Assembly (NCBI GenBank): GCA_036785375.1
Contig: JAWMAR010000028.1
Location: 2,294,001-2,358,000, forward strand
Reading direction: 5' to 3'
Length of the DNA stretch: 64,000 nucleotides
Source: Leucoraja ocellata
Taxonomy: Eukaryota
Shown piece after piece: positions 30,301-39,500 of the stretch; position 1 is the first letter of the stretch, and each line of letters begins with the position of its first letter. The notes under the pieces were generated by a model. It searched no databases. It was not told where the DNA came from and saw nothing but the letters and a program-made list of their open reading frames with translations. The translations under genes and the position numbers were made by a program.

Positions 30301-32569
30301 CCCTGATCTTTAAAATTTTCCCCTCTGCCTGTACATCTCAAATCAAAGAAGCATCAAATCTTTGATTCCATCCTATTGACACCATGCTTCAGTATAACCT
30401 CTGTTATGTACAAAATGCAAAATCATGTTCATCAATGTAATGCAACAATTTGTGTATTAAATAAGTAACCTGAGTGTGGTATACATTTAGTGCTAGGGGC
30501 TGAGCATGAAGCTGAATATCAGTTTTGTTCCATATAAGAATTCCAGGGCCAGAGGCTCAGAACAGTTAGTGTTCAGTGCAGCATCTTGAAGTGAAAATTT
30601 GTTTAAGCTGCTGCAAACTGCATCATCTCATGTGTTTTTTAGGTACTTTCTTGGTTTTATTTACATGTACATTTAACCAAACATTTTTGTAATTTGGTTG
30701 AGCAAGTTATATTCATCAGATCAGTGACCTGTTGTGCGTCTGATTGATAATATTCCCTGTTGGTTTTCTATTCCTTGTTCTTTCAAGGGGAAAGAAATAG
30801 TTTTAAATCAGCCACCTATCTTTCCAATTATCTCTGGTGGTTCAGCAACAAAGCATTATGATGTGCTCTAGTGTTTTTTTAACATCTATTTTTCTGTGTT
30901 TATTTGTTTCATTTTCAATTTTTTATAGTTGCTTGTATGCAAAGTGCTTCACCCTATGCAATGGTTAGGTAGTAAACCAAATATACTCTTCCCCTTTTCC
31001 CCCATCCCAGTCTTGGTTCAGATGTTATGTTGGAAATTGAAGGACATCAAGAGGAAGAATCTGCACAGCCATCTGAAGAAACTGATATTCCATCCACCAG
31101 CCAGGATCCTCCTTCCAGTTCAGCTGGTATGTAACTTGAAAGCGCTGTGGTGATGCATGAACATATTGAACTGTGCAGATGGAGGAATGTGGGGAATTTG
31201 CTGTGGTGGATGTTTATGTTGACTTTTATGTAGTTGTGTGTCTTGTTGCTTTTTTTTTAGTATGGCTGTATGGTAAATCGAGTTTCACTGTACCTTAATT
31301 GGTACACGTGACAATAAATGACCCTTTAAACTCTTCCAAGTCAAGGAAATGGCCACTTAAACGGGAAAGGGCAATATTGTTAGTTCTGCAATGGAATATA
31401 ATGCAAACCATATGTGAAGTTTGTCGAGATTTTCTTTTTAAACATGACATGCATTTTATGTAAGGACTTTCACACCATCCTACAGCTTAAATCTTTGAGG
31501 CTTATCTTTGTTTTACATCTAATAAGCCATCAGACAAAAGTGCTACCTCAGTTGTTTTGTTACAGTACAAATTATTTAAGGTTACCTGGGAAGTGAGTTT
31601 TACTTTAATGAAAAAGGTAAAAACCTTATTGATCATGAAGCTACTAGTGTCCAAGTGTTTTAACTTAAGTTTGTTGAACTTGCGCACCCATTCCTGTGCA
31701 CCTCAGTTTTTAATGGCAATTTATTTGGTAGACGCTGCTATCTCACGGCCTAAACCTTTGAGAAGGGTTCGACTTTATCCACAGATGGGGAGAACTGCTG
31801 TTGGAGGGCGACAGTTCCTTAGCCGAAGAGGTAAGAAACTCTACATTTATATTGTGCAACCTGGAATGGAATACTTTACATGGGATAAGTTTTTTTTGTA
31901 ATCTTGGCTCGGGGAGGGGGGAAAAATCTAAGATTAGGGTGGTGTCAGTAGGATGAAGTCGTCCAGATTTAGCAGAAATATTTGATGGGTACAACATGGT
32001 CGGAATTGTGGGTTAACCATATGGATTGACCTTTTCAGAGGTGCAGGTACCCATTTGAGAAACTCCTGCTGAGTAATGAACGTATTTGCCTATTATGGTA
32101 TAGGAGTGCGTTCGGTCCAAGGAGTCTCATTACCCCTCATTTACTTGTACTCGTGCAATCCATTTTTACTCCTGCTCACCAATTCCCCTTTTGATTCCTA
32201 TGTCACTATTTACTTGGTGTATGTAATATATGAGGGGTTTTACAGTAACCAGCACTTCCTTAGGATATTGGGAAGAAACCTTTACGGTGTTGTTCCAATT
32301 GCTGTACCACCATGCTCTGCAGATCAGTGTTTCAGGGAGCAGTATATTTCCCAGTGCAAACTTCAATACAAAATAAAGGGACTACATTTATAATTTATGC
32401 TTCAGTGTTTAGTTATATAATGTTATATTGTAGTAACACAGCAAGGAGACAATTCAATTTATAAAACAAGTGTTCTTGGTCATAAAATAAGGTTGTTATG
32501 TTTCTCATTACAGGTATGAACCTTTCAATGGGAGGAAGAAGAGGCATAAACAGAGGAAATCATAGTTGA
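189..32569 (+). CDS. TPR: TPR nuclear basket coiled-coil protein, 3' portion; 24 coding exons in window, 5' part lies upstream
   Basis: Phase-consistent GT-AG exon chain. Peptides match vertebrate TPR from [20 protein letters not shown] to the C-terminal [13 protein letters not shown]. Confidence 0.97.
736..867 (+). CDS. TPR: TPR exon 2/24: [12 protein letters not shown]...KRWKARAQ
   Basis: cttag|ATT ... CAG|gtatga; 132 nt; matches [18 protein letters not shown]. Confidence 0.93.
1180..1730. mobile_element. Two decayed CR1 3'-end fragments in opposite orientation
   Basis: Both halves resemble the CR1 3' region seen at 62.2-62.6 kb; [27 protein letters not shown] on -. Confidence 0.55.
1998..2128 (+). 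CDS. TPR: TPR exon 3/24: [17 protein letters not shown]...KTEVA
   Basis: ttaag|CAA ... AG|gtaaac; 131 nt, phase 0-2. Confidence 0.9.
2720..2930 (+). CDS. TPR: TPR exon 4/24: LNASS...[25 protein letters not shown]
   Basis: tgcag|A ... AAG|gtaaat; 211 nt, phase 2-0. Confidence 0.93.
3813..3959 (+). CDS. TPR: TPR exon 5/24: MVAETSS...AEALQK
   Basis: tccag|ATG ... AAG|gtaagt; 147 nt. Confidence 0.9.
4100..4945 (-). mobile_element. Rex1/Babar-like LINE 3' fragment
   Basis: [12 protein letters not shown] motif; [26 protein letters not shown]-terminal motif; tgacaataaac tail. Confidence 0.75.
4950..8041 (+). mobile_element. CR1-like LINE, degenerate, with ORF1 esterase and ORF2 APE/RT remnants
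   Basis: [17 protein letters not shown] (SGNH esterase ORF1); GDFN and SDH endonuclease motifs; [18 protein letters not shown]; multiple stops. Confidence 0.9.
8799..8997 (+). CDS. TPR: TPR exon 6/24: SVSEKESE...KQKITQLA
   Basis: tttcag|TCT ... G|gtcagc; 199 nt, phase 0-1. Confidence 0.92.
9101..9385 (-). mobile_element. tRNA-derived V-SINE (HE1-like)
   Basis: Reverse complement of the 63712-64000 copy; V-domain core. Confidence 0.85.
9405..9480. repeat. Near-perfect inverted repeat: 34-bp arms, 8-nt loop
   Basis: caatgtttccagtgtattaagaaatcctatatta-caggtcat-taatataggatttcttaatacactggaaatattg. Confidence 0.95.
10354..10577 (+). CDS. TPR: TPR exon 7/24: [12 protein letters not shown]...EPQELTIK
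   Basis: tttag|GT ... AAG|gtatgt; 224 nt, phase 1-0. Confidence 0.92.
11352..11431 (+). CDS. TPR: TPR exon 8/24: [26 protein letters not shown]
   Basis: attag|ACT ... AG|gtaaga; 80 nt, phase 0-2; QRQITLK motif. Confidence 0.88.
11453..11586 (+). mobile_element. Short Penelope-derived element with minimal hammerhead core
   Basis: TSD cattatctgt (11443-52 / 11587-96); CTGAAGA-a-gggtc tc gaccc-GAAAC-GTT. Confidence 0.7.
11917..12125 (+). CDS. TPR: TPR exon 9/24: [12 protein letters not shown]...PTTQVETQE
   Basis: tacag|T ... G|gtatct; 209 nt, phase 2-1. Confidence 0.93.
12311..12583 (+). CDS. TPR: TPR exon 10/24: [10 protein letters not shown]...[10 protein letters not shown] (NAGNAG acceptor, alternative start 12308)
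   Basis: ttcagcag|CC ... G|gttagt; phase 1-1. Confidence 0.9.
12677..12967 (-). mobile_element. V-SINE (HE1-like)
   Basis: tRNA head gggcggcaatggtggcgcagcagtagag, B-box ggttcgatgc, V-domain, CR1-like tail. Confidence 0.88.
13760..13890 (+). CDS. TPR: TPR exon 11/24 with NLS-like KRQR...PKKLK (alternative acceptor 13766, alternative donor after 13902)
   Basis: tttcag|TT ... GCA|gtacgt; phase 1-0; donor ambiguous. Confidence 0.8.
14760..14855 (+). CDS. TPR: TPR exon 12/24: [10 protein letters not shown]...DSQDSLTQ
   Basis: ctcag|GAA ... CAA|gtgagt; 96 nt. Confidence 0.87.
14926..16578 (+). mobile_element. Tc1/mariner DD34E transposon, IR/DR type, degenerate transposase
   Basis: TA flanks (14924-25, 16579-80); TIRs over 200 bp with inner direct repeats; remnants [19 protein letters not shown] and SPDLNPIEH (D-34-E spacing); frameshifts. 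Confidence 0.93.
17646..17752 (+). mobile_element. Short Penelope-derived element with hammerhead-like core
   Basis: TSD tacaaggatt (17636-45 / 17753-62); CTGAAGA..ggtc aa gacc..GAAAC-GTT. Confidence 0.65.
18176..18367 (+). CDS. TPR: TPR exon 13/24: VVIEEYPP...[17 protein letters not shown]
   Basis: tgcag|GTG ... CAG|gtaaaa; 192 nt. Confidence 0.88.
18816..19102 (+). mobile_element. V-SINE (HE1-like)
   Basis: tggcacagcagtagag...gagttcgatcc...ggagtttgtacgttctccccgtgacc. Confidence 0.88.
19951..20079 (+). CDS. TPR: TPR exon 14/24, acidic: [17 protein letters not shown]...GNVE
   Basis: tttag|GAG ... GAG|gtatgc; 129 nt. Confidence 0.9.
21386..21458 (+). CDS. TPR: TPR exon 15/24: [12 protein letters not shown]...SEDN
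   Basis: cacag|GTT ... T|gtaagt; 73 nt, phase 0-1; DGTDP motif. Confidence 0.85.
22512..22699 (+). CDS. TPR: TPR exon 16/24: GGEG...[15 protein letters not shown]...GPPAQ
   Basis: aacag|CT ... CAG|gtgctt; 188 nt, phase 1-0. Confidence 0.92.
23521..23592 (+). CDS. TPR: TPR exon 17/24: [24 protein letters not shown]
   Basis: cacag|AGA ... GTG|gtaagt; 72 nt. Confidence 0.92.
24099..24193 (+). CDS. TPR: TPR exon 18/24: [31 protein letters not shown]
   Basis: ttcag|CAT ... CA|gtaagt; 95 nt, phase 0-2. Confidence 0.94.
24601..24707 (+). CDS. TPR: TPR exon 19/24: [17 protein letters not shown]...LASQG
   Basis: cttag|T ... G|gtaaca; 107 nt, phase 2-1. Confidence 0.94.
25740..26370 (-). mobile_element. 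Decayed CR1 3' fragment
   Basis: Reverse complement resembles the CR1 ORF2 end and 3' UTR. Confidence 0.55.
26478..26579 (+). CDS. TPR: TPR exon 20/24: LGMYETP...[15 protein letters not shown]
   Basis: tatag|GG ... G|gtatgg; 102 nt, phase 1-1. Confidence 0.94.
27130..28380 (-). mobile_element. Decayed CR1 RT fragment interrupted by a MITE
   Basis: [21 protein letters not shown]; [18 protein letters not shown]; PWMIKDI. Confidence 0.8.
27594..27903. mobile_element. MITE, PIF/Harbinger-like
   Basis: Imperfect TIRs about 45 bp (ccctgtcccactgtacgag... / ...catacagtgggacag); TTA/TAA flanks. Confidence 0.7.
28546..28705 (+). CDS. TPR: TPR exon 21/24: TVFNEG...SQSVPM...[14 protein letters not shown]
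   Basis: ttcag|TG ... GG|gtaaga; 160 nt, phase 1-2. Confidence 0.92.
29000..29840 (+). mobile_element. Highly decayed CR1 fragment
   Basis: [23 protein letters not shown]; gggcagtagatgtggtttgcatgagcttcagtaagg. Confidence 0.65.
31011..31126 (+). CDS. TPR: TPR exon 22/24: [10 protein letters not shown]...[12 protein letters not shown]
   Basis: cccag|T ... G|gtatgt; 116 nt, phase 2-1. Confidence 0.92.
31732..31830 (+). CDS. TPR: TPR exon 23/24: [14 protein letters not shown]...RQFLSRR
   Basis: ggtag|AC ... G|gtaaga; 99 nt, phase 1-1. Confidence 0.88.
32514..32569 (+). CDS. TPR: TPR terminal coding exon: [17 protein letters not shown]
   Basis: tacag|GT ... TGA; resembles the human end MGGRGGINRGNIN. 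Confidence 0.92.
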
Positions 32570-32628
32570 AGTGCATGTACCCATGTGAAGCGTATTGATC
32601 CGTAGTCATTGGTTTGGCTCCTTGCTAC

Positions 32629-33012
32629 AATAAAAACAAATTTTTGAACTTCAGACATTTGGGGGGTCCTGTTCAATTGCAATCTTTTTCAATTGAAAAA
32701 TAAAATGATTTCCTTTTTACTTTGTGTTGAAGCTTGTTTTTTTTTTTTTTTCAAACGTTTGCTAACGGCATTCATACAAGTCCTTTGTTATACTTCTTTT
32801 CATATAAGTAGCTTGCAGGTTCACTGGATTAACCTTGTAGGAATTCTCTAAAATAGACAGAAATAAATGAAGATGAACACAGGCAATATTTAGTTTTAAA
32901 ACAAAACTGAGGGGTTGCTTCCTTCTACCATAGTGGAAAGGAGAGGAACTTAAAGCAATGTTGTAACCTTGAAATTTAGCTTGAGGTCCAACAATGACAA
33001 CAGATGAATAAA
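32629..33012 (+). terminator. Cluster of candidate TPR polyadenylation signals
   Basis: AATAAA at 32629, 32699, 32862 and 33007, with T-rich sequence following the proximal ones. Confidence 0.55.
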
Positions 33013-33095
33013 CTATAAATTAGATCTTTATAGAGTTCATTTTTTAATGTCAACCATTGGGGGGAAGATAAATTATATTACCTCTGTTACACAAT

Positions 33096-33189
33096 TTTAT
33101 TTCATGTTAATGAGTTACCTGTTCATAAACTGCTATTACAAAAGAGGGTTTTGGTGTGTCGAGAGTTTGCACCTCAATGTGATTTTATT
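33096..33189 (-). terminator. Candidate PRG4 polyadenylation signals
   Basis: TTTATT (AATAAA on -) at 33184-33189 and 33096-33101. Confidence 0.45.
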
Positions 33190-33505
33190 TTAAAGAAACA
33201 ATCCTCCCCCAACATCACTATTGAGAGGATCATGGAATCGATTGCAAAGCTAATATCTAATTCATGATCAAGTAGATTAGCAACACTATACCTGTGATCA
33301 AAAGGCAACTTTCAGAAAATGCTAGAAATCAGAAATGAAATCAAAATGCTATAAATACTCTGCAGGTCAGCATATGTGGAGTGAGAAATTTAGTTAATCT
33401 TTTGGGTTCTAGTGAAAGACATAGACCTAAAAATTCAACTTTTTCTTTCTGGATGCTGTCTGATTTGTATATTTCTAATTTTTTTTTTTGGAATTGTACT
33501 GGGTG

Positions 33506-33591
33506 CTATGAGTTATTTCCTTTCAAAGACCCGACACAACACTTGTACCAATATTGAAACATTTGATTTGGAACTGTTGTAGGAACAGGAC
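33506..33591 (-). CDS. PRG4: PRG4 candidate terminal exon: PVPTTVPNQMFQYWYKCCVGSLKGNNS*
   Basis: WYKC matches the PEX-closing WYNC motif. The phase-1 acceptor ataag|GT has no polypyrimidine tract, so the 5' boundary is uncertain. Confidence 0.55.
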
Positions 33592-36500
33592 CTTATCCTT
33601 TGCACTGGAACTCCACTAGCCTTAATGTTGTATCCATGCATTATGCTACCCATGTATAAAAAAAGTATATTGCTTTTGATCTTAAACTTTGATTGCTCAA
33701 TCATCAACAACTTGGGTAAGAGGATTCCAAAATTCACTGTCTTACAATGGGTGAAGATGGGAATATGAATTCTGCTCTCATTCTTGCAACAAATTGGGCT
33801 TCTTAAAAATGTACAAGGCATGATTAGTAAGTTTGCAGATGACATTAAAGTGGGTGGTATTGTAGATGACAAAGATAGGTTACAGCAGGATCTTGGTCAG
33901 TTGGGCAAGTGGATAGAGGAATAGTAAATGGAGTTTAAAGCAGATAAATGCGAGGTCTTGCATTTTGGAAAGTTTAACAAGGGCAGTTTCTTCACAGTAA
34001 ATGGCAAGGCTCTGGAGTTGCAGAGCAGAGGGATCTAGAAGTACAGGTGCATTGTTCCTTGCAAGTGGTGTCACAGGTAGATAAGGTGGACAAGAAAGCT
34101 TTTGGCACATTGTCCTTCACCAGTCGGTATAGAAGTTGGGATTTCATGTTACAGGGCACTGGTGAGGCCACAGTTGCAGTATTGTGATCATTTTTGGTTA
34201 CCCTGCTATATGAACGATGTTAAGCCGGAAAGAGTGCAGAGAAGATTTATGAGGATGTTGTCAGGACTTGAGGGCCTGATCTAGAGAGGGGTTTAGTTTG
34301 GAGATACAGCACGGAAACAGGCCCTTTAGCTCACTGAGTCCGTACCGACCAGTGATCCCCGCACATTAACACTATCCTGCATACAATTATACCAATCCAA
34401 TTAACCTATATACCTGTACGTCTTTGGCGTTTGGGAGGAAACCGGAGATCTCTGAGAAAACCCACGCGGTCATGGGGAGAACGTATGAATTCCATACAGA
34501 CAGCACCCGAGTCGCGGCGCTGTAAGGCAGCCACCAAGCCGCACAGGAGAATGAGGTGATCTTATAGAAGTGTATAAGATCACGAAGGAATAGATTGTAC
34601 AGTGTTTTATCCAGAGTAAGGGAATCAAGAACAACAGGACACACTAGGTTTTAAGATGAGGAAAAAGAGTTACTTGGAATCTAAGGATCAAATTTTTCAC
34701 ACAAAGGGTGGTGGGTTTATGAAATGAACAGGGAAGGAGATAATTGAGCCAGGTACTACAACATTTCAAAGGCATTTGACATTTACATGGATAGGAAAGA
34801 TTTAGAGGGATATGGGCGAAACGTGGGCAGGTGGGACTAGTGTAGATGCAGCACCCTGATTGGCATAGGCAAATTGGACCGAAGGGCCCGTTTCCATACT
34901 ATATGACTATTAATCAGATGTAATCTGTTTACAAATCTCACCTAGTTTTGGTTATGCTTGTCTAAATACTCCCTATCACTTGAAATAAATTAACATATCT
35001 CTCAGTGTTTAAGAGGGAACTGCAGATGCTGGAGAATCGAAGGTTACACAGAAAAGCTGGAGAAACTCAGCGGGTGCAGCAGCATCTATGGAGCGAAGGA
35101 AATAGGCAACGTTTCGGGCCGAAACCCTTCTTCAGACTGATCAGGGGTGGGGGTGGGTGGGGACAAGAAAGGGAAAAGGAGGAGTAGCCGGAAGGCTGGA
35201 GGGTGGGAGGAGACAGCAGGGGAGCTGAGGGAGGGGAGGAGACAGCAAGGACTAACAGAATTGGGAGACTTCTAACATATCTCTCATCTGCTTTCTAATT
35301 CATCTATGTAACATTTGCAATTTACCAATTCCTCTGTTTTCCTTATTTTTTTTAGTACCTTGTTGATTGCTAGATAAGTACAAATCAAGCTGAAACTTAC
35401 CATGTGAGAGGACATAGTATTCATATTTTTCTGCAATTCTAGGGTTTGGAAGTGAAATGGTTGAAGTTATTCTCATCGGAATTCCAGTCCAATTATTTCT
35501 TATAGACATCTCAACAGAAAGTTTAACTGAAAAAGAGTTAATTAGTGAAAAGTAAATGTATTTCAATTTGTGACTTTAAGAGAAGTACTGTTCCTTTTTT
35601 TAGCTGACCATAGCTCCTGATCCAGTTCAGTTTCCCATTTTGTGAAACTCATTGTGGTATACAATCATAACAACCAGGTTCCAATTTCTGATCCTTGCTC
35701 ACCTCATGTTTTCTCAGAGTGGCTAGAGGGAGCTCTCTGTGTGTTTTTCTCAGAGTGGCTAGAGGGAGCGTTGTCTCTGTACTGTACACTGACAATGACA
35801 ATTAAAATTGAATCTGAGCGATCTCTTGAACGATATAATACTCTGCCACTATAATTAGTAAGTAACTATGTAGGCTAAATAGCAGTAGAGATGATTATTC
35901 TCATGTGCTTTCTAGAAAATTATCCAGTGTTGTATTACAAAGTATAAAATCTGATTTGTTGCATAGTTATCATGATTTAAAAATTATTGTATATGATGAT
36001 GCCTTGTTTCAGGATGAGTTCAGAACAAAGTCTGTTGTATTTGCAGAGCACATTTAGTTAAACGAATAAAGTTTGTTTTTTAGGCATCTCAATTTTCCTG
36101 AATGCTAGAACCCCATGAATCTTAATCTAGTTAATGACACAAAACACACCCCTGGATCATCGATTGTTGAATATTCAGATATTAAATTAAAATATTTAGG
36201 AAGTTGAGTAACTTAGAGCTCTATAAATTGGCTTCAAAACACTTGCTTTGACTACTGAATTTGCACATATTAAAAACAGTACCTATATTTTGCTGTTTCC
36301 TGGTTTTTTGTATAACCACCAATGTTTGCCGCCTGTAACGGTGCCTTACCACCTGATAAGCGTGGCTCTGAGTGCGTTCTTGTGGGCAAGTTGAGACCGA
36401 TTTTTGATACACATATTTCTGGTATACTCCACCTGTAACATACAATGCATTTTCATTAATTACTACATTTTTAGTAACTGCATGACTGAGCATTTGGAAT

Positions 36501-39500
36501 TAGTTTGGTTTAGAGATACAGCGTGGAAGAAGGCCCTTCGGCCCACAGAGTCTGCATCGACCAACGATTACCCATGCACTAGTTCTATCCTATACACTAG
36601 GGACAAATTACAGAAGCCAATTAACCTCCAAACCTGCATGTCTTTGGCATGTGGGAGGAAATCAGAGCGCCTTGAGAAAACCCATGCAGTCACATGGAGC
36701 ATGAGCAAACTCGGTAAAGTCAGCACTTGCAGTCAAGATCGAACCAGAGTCTCTGGCGTTGTAAGGCAACAACTGTGCCATCTGCTTTTGTAATTGTTTA
36801 TTTTGTAAAAATAGTGTTCCTGGAAACTTGTTGATTATGACAGGTGGCCATTTGGCCCATCGGATCCATCTCCCAGCAGAGCATTCTAATTGTTCTAATC
36901 ATTCCCAACCCACCTCAAATTTCCTTCACATATTCACCAACTTCCTTTTAATTTTAGTTCCATTTAGGAACACGGGTCAATTTGCCATAGAAAATTAACA
37001 GACCAGCACAGACAGCTCTGAGTTGTGGAAGGAAGCCAAAGTATGCAGGGGTAAAACACCCAGTTAAAGTGGGGACCACGCAAACTCCACCCAGGACAGC
37101 ATCAAACCCAGGTTGTTAGAACAAGTGGGTGTCCTTGCCTGTTAATACACTCTGAAGCTTAGCAAAGAAATTGTGTACTTTGGATGTGTATGGTAAAATA
37201 CTCAAAATATTATCCTGCAGATTGGTAACTTCAATTAAGTAGCAAAAATTGAATGGAAAAGATTTGCAAGAGAACTGATAAGGAAGTAACCTCTCTTGAA
37301 GAAGTACACAGTTTCTGGTCTGTTGTTAAATGCAGCCACGGACAGGGCAGCTGTTATTTTCCCATTCAAGCCTGAAAATCCGGCTGCAATTTTCTGAGGA
37401 TATCCGCTGTCCATGGCCCCATTCTGAAATCGCCAGTAGTCTTGATCCTGCAAATGAAGCAAGAAATGTTTTTGGAGAAATTGACAATGAGCAAATCTTC
37501 ACACCCCAGCAGACAATGGAAATTCAAGGTGTTGATTGATAACACATTTCACTTGGTTACTTTTCAATTCATCCTGCTGCACAATAGGAAAATTGCAGGA
37601 AGATCAAACTGCTCCGTATTTACAATACCTAAAATTGATTGTACTGCCACAGTAATCGAGTGGTATTTATGAATGCAATTCTGCTTCAATTTCTCAATAG
37701 TTTTTGCAATGCACTACTTTTTTTTAGTACTGCTCTATGCTTCCTATTATCAGCTGAGAGCTGAGCCCATGGGAAATCATGCTAAATAGAACAATCTGTA
37801 GATAGCCAAGTATAATGTACTTCAGATTATGCTAGTTTGTTTTCATGATTTCTATTGCGTTGTGGGCATGTCGAATATAAATTCACCACCATTATCAGCA
37901 GTTTTGTTGTCAAAAAAAATCAGCTCATTAGTTGAAAATATCATCCTGGAAGAGTATTCTTTCTGTATTTTAACCTAAATTCCTTCACCCAGCTCCTTCC
38001 TCAATGGCACGTTGTGCTAGCCTCAATAGTGACTGCAGATATCTAATGGGCAGCCAGCATCACCAAAGAGCAACATCACCCTGGCCATGCTCTCATTTCA
38101 TTCCCACCATCAGGAAGATGCCAATATAGGAGAATGAAAACCGACCACCAGGTTCAAGAATGGCTACTTCCCAATAACCATCAGGCTCTTGAACACTACA
38201 CAACACTACACATGTTGGCGGCGCGACTCACCCGTTGCAGCGGCCCCTACAGCCTGTCTGTCTTTTTTTTTATTTTTTGTCTAGTTAAATGTAGTGTTTG
38301 GTGTTTTTTAATAGTGTTTTTAAATGTGTACATGTGGGGGGCGGGGGGGGGGGGGAGGGGGAAACTGTTTAAGTCTCTTCCCTGTCCGGGAGACCCGACC
38401 TTTTCCCTGTTGGGTCTCCGTTGTCGTTGGGGCCTAGCACCGTGGAGCGGCCTCCAACCTGAATGACCCGGGGGCTCGGGAGACTGCGGAGCTGCGGACT
38501 ACTCACCATCGTGGGGCTGGCCGGCCTCGGAGCGTGGGGAGCAGTGGTGACTCGCTGCTGCAACGCGACTCCTGGGGCTCGGAGGCTCCAGCAACGCAAC
38601 CGCAGGTCTGGTGAACTGGGACATCGGGAGCTCGCGGGTCCGGGGGGAGAGACTGCTTCCCGGAGCTCCCACAACGCGACTTCTCCAGCCCGTATCGCGG
38701 GGTTGGAACAACCCGGACCGGGACCGTACATCACCTGGCGTGGCTTCATGGCCGTGGGACTCACCAATGCCCGTGGGGGTTCCAACCTTGTACTTTCAGA
38801 CCGGGAGCGGGGCCGTAAATCGCCCCGCGCGGCCTAAAATGGCCGTGGGACTTATCATCACCCGCCTGGGGCTTGGACATCGGGAGAGAAATTGAGAGCA
38901 GGGGAGAGAAAAGACTTTGCCTTCCATCACACTGGGTTCACTGTGATGGATGTTTGTGTGAATTTAATTGTGTGTATGTCTGTAGGACATTGTCTTTGTT
39001 TGTATGGCTGTGGAAACAAAATTTCGTTTGAGTCTCACTGGGGCTCAAATGACAATAAATTTGTATTGTATTTGTATTGTATTGTATTGTAACTATGAAG
39101 TAAGGACTGCTTTTGGCAGCACAAAGGACCTAAAGTTTTTCTGCACTAGTACACTATTGGGATTATTAATTAATTTATCTTTTGTTTATATATTTTCAAT
39201 GTGCATCATATTTACAGGTGCCTTTGTCCAGCCCCCTCTCCTGAAGTCTGAAGAAGGGTCTCGACCCGAAACGTCGCCCATTCATTCTCTCCAGAGATGC
39301 TGCCTCACCCACTGTGTTACTCCAGCATTTTGTGTCTACCTTTGATTTAAACCAGCATCTGCAGTTCTCTCTTACATATTTACAGGCCTGTTATGCTGCT
39401 GCGAGTAAGAATTTGATTGTTCTCTTGTTGGTACATTTGACAATGAAGCACTCTTAACGCATTTATAGATTGCAAATGCAGGAGCCCAATTTCCCTCCCC

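Larger units (their letters stand above)
38045..39460 (+). mobile_element. Old Rex1-like 3' fragment split by two nested insertions
   Basis: catcaccctggccatgctctc...caggttcaagaatggctacttccc at 38045-38200; the matching tail resumes at about 39095 and 39387. Confidence 0.55.

Noticed and set aside
30929-31010. Strong upstream acceptor 82 nt before TPR exon 22
   Set aside because: Use would give an in-frame TAG, and a separate micro-exon would leave an intron under 50 nt. It remains possible as a poison splice, but there is no support.
38134-39092. Several 70-138-aa ORFs in the GC-rich segment
   Set aside because: Expected from high GC content; no recognisable domain or splice structure.
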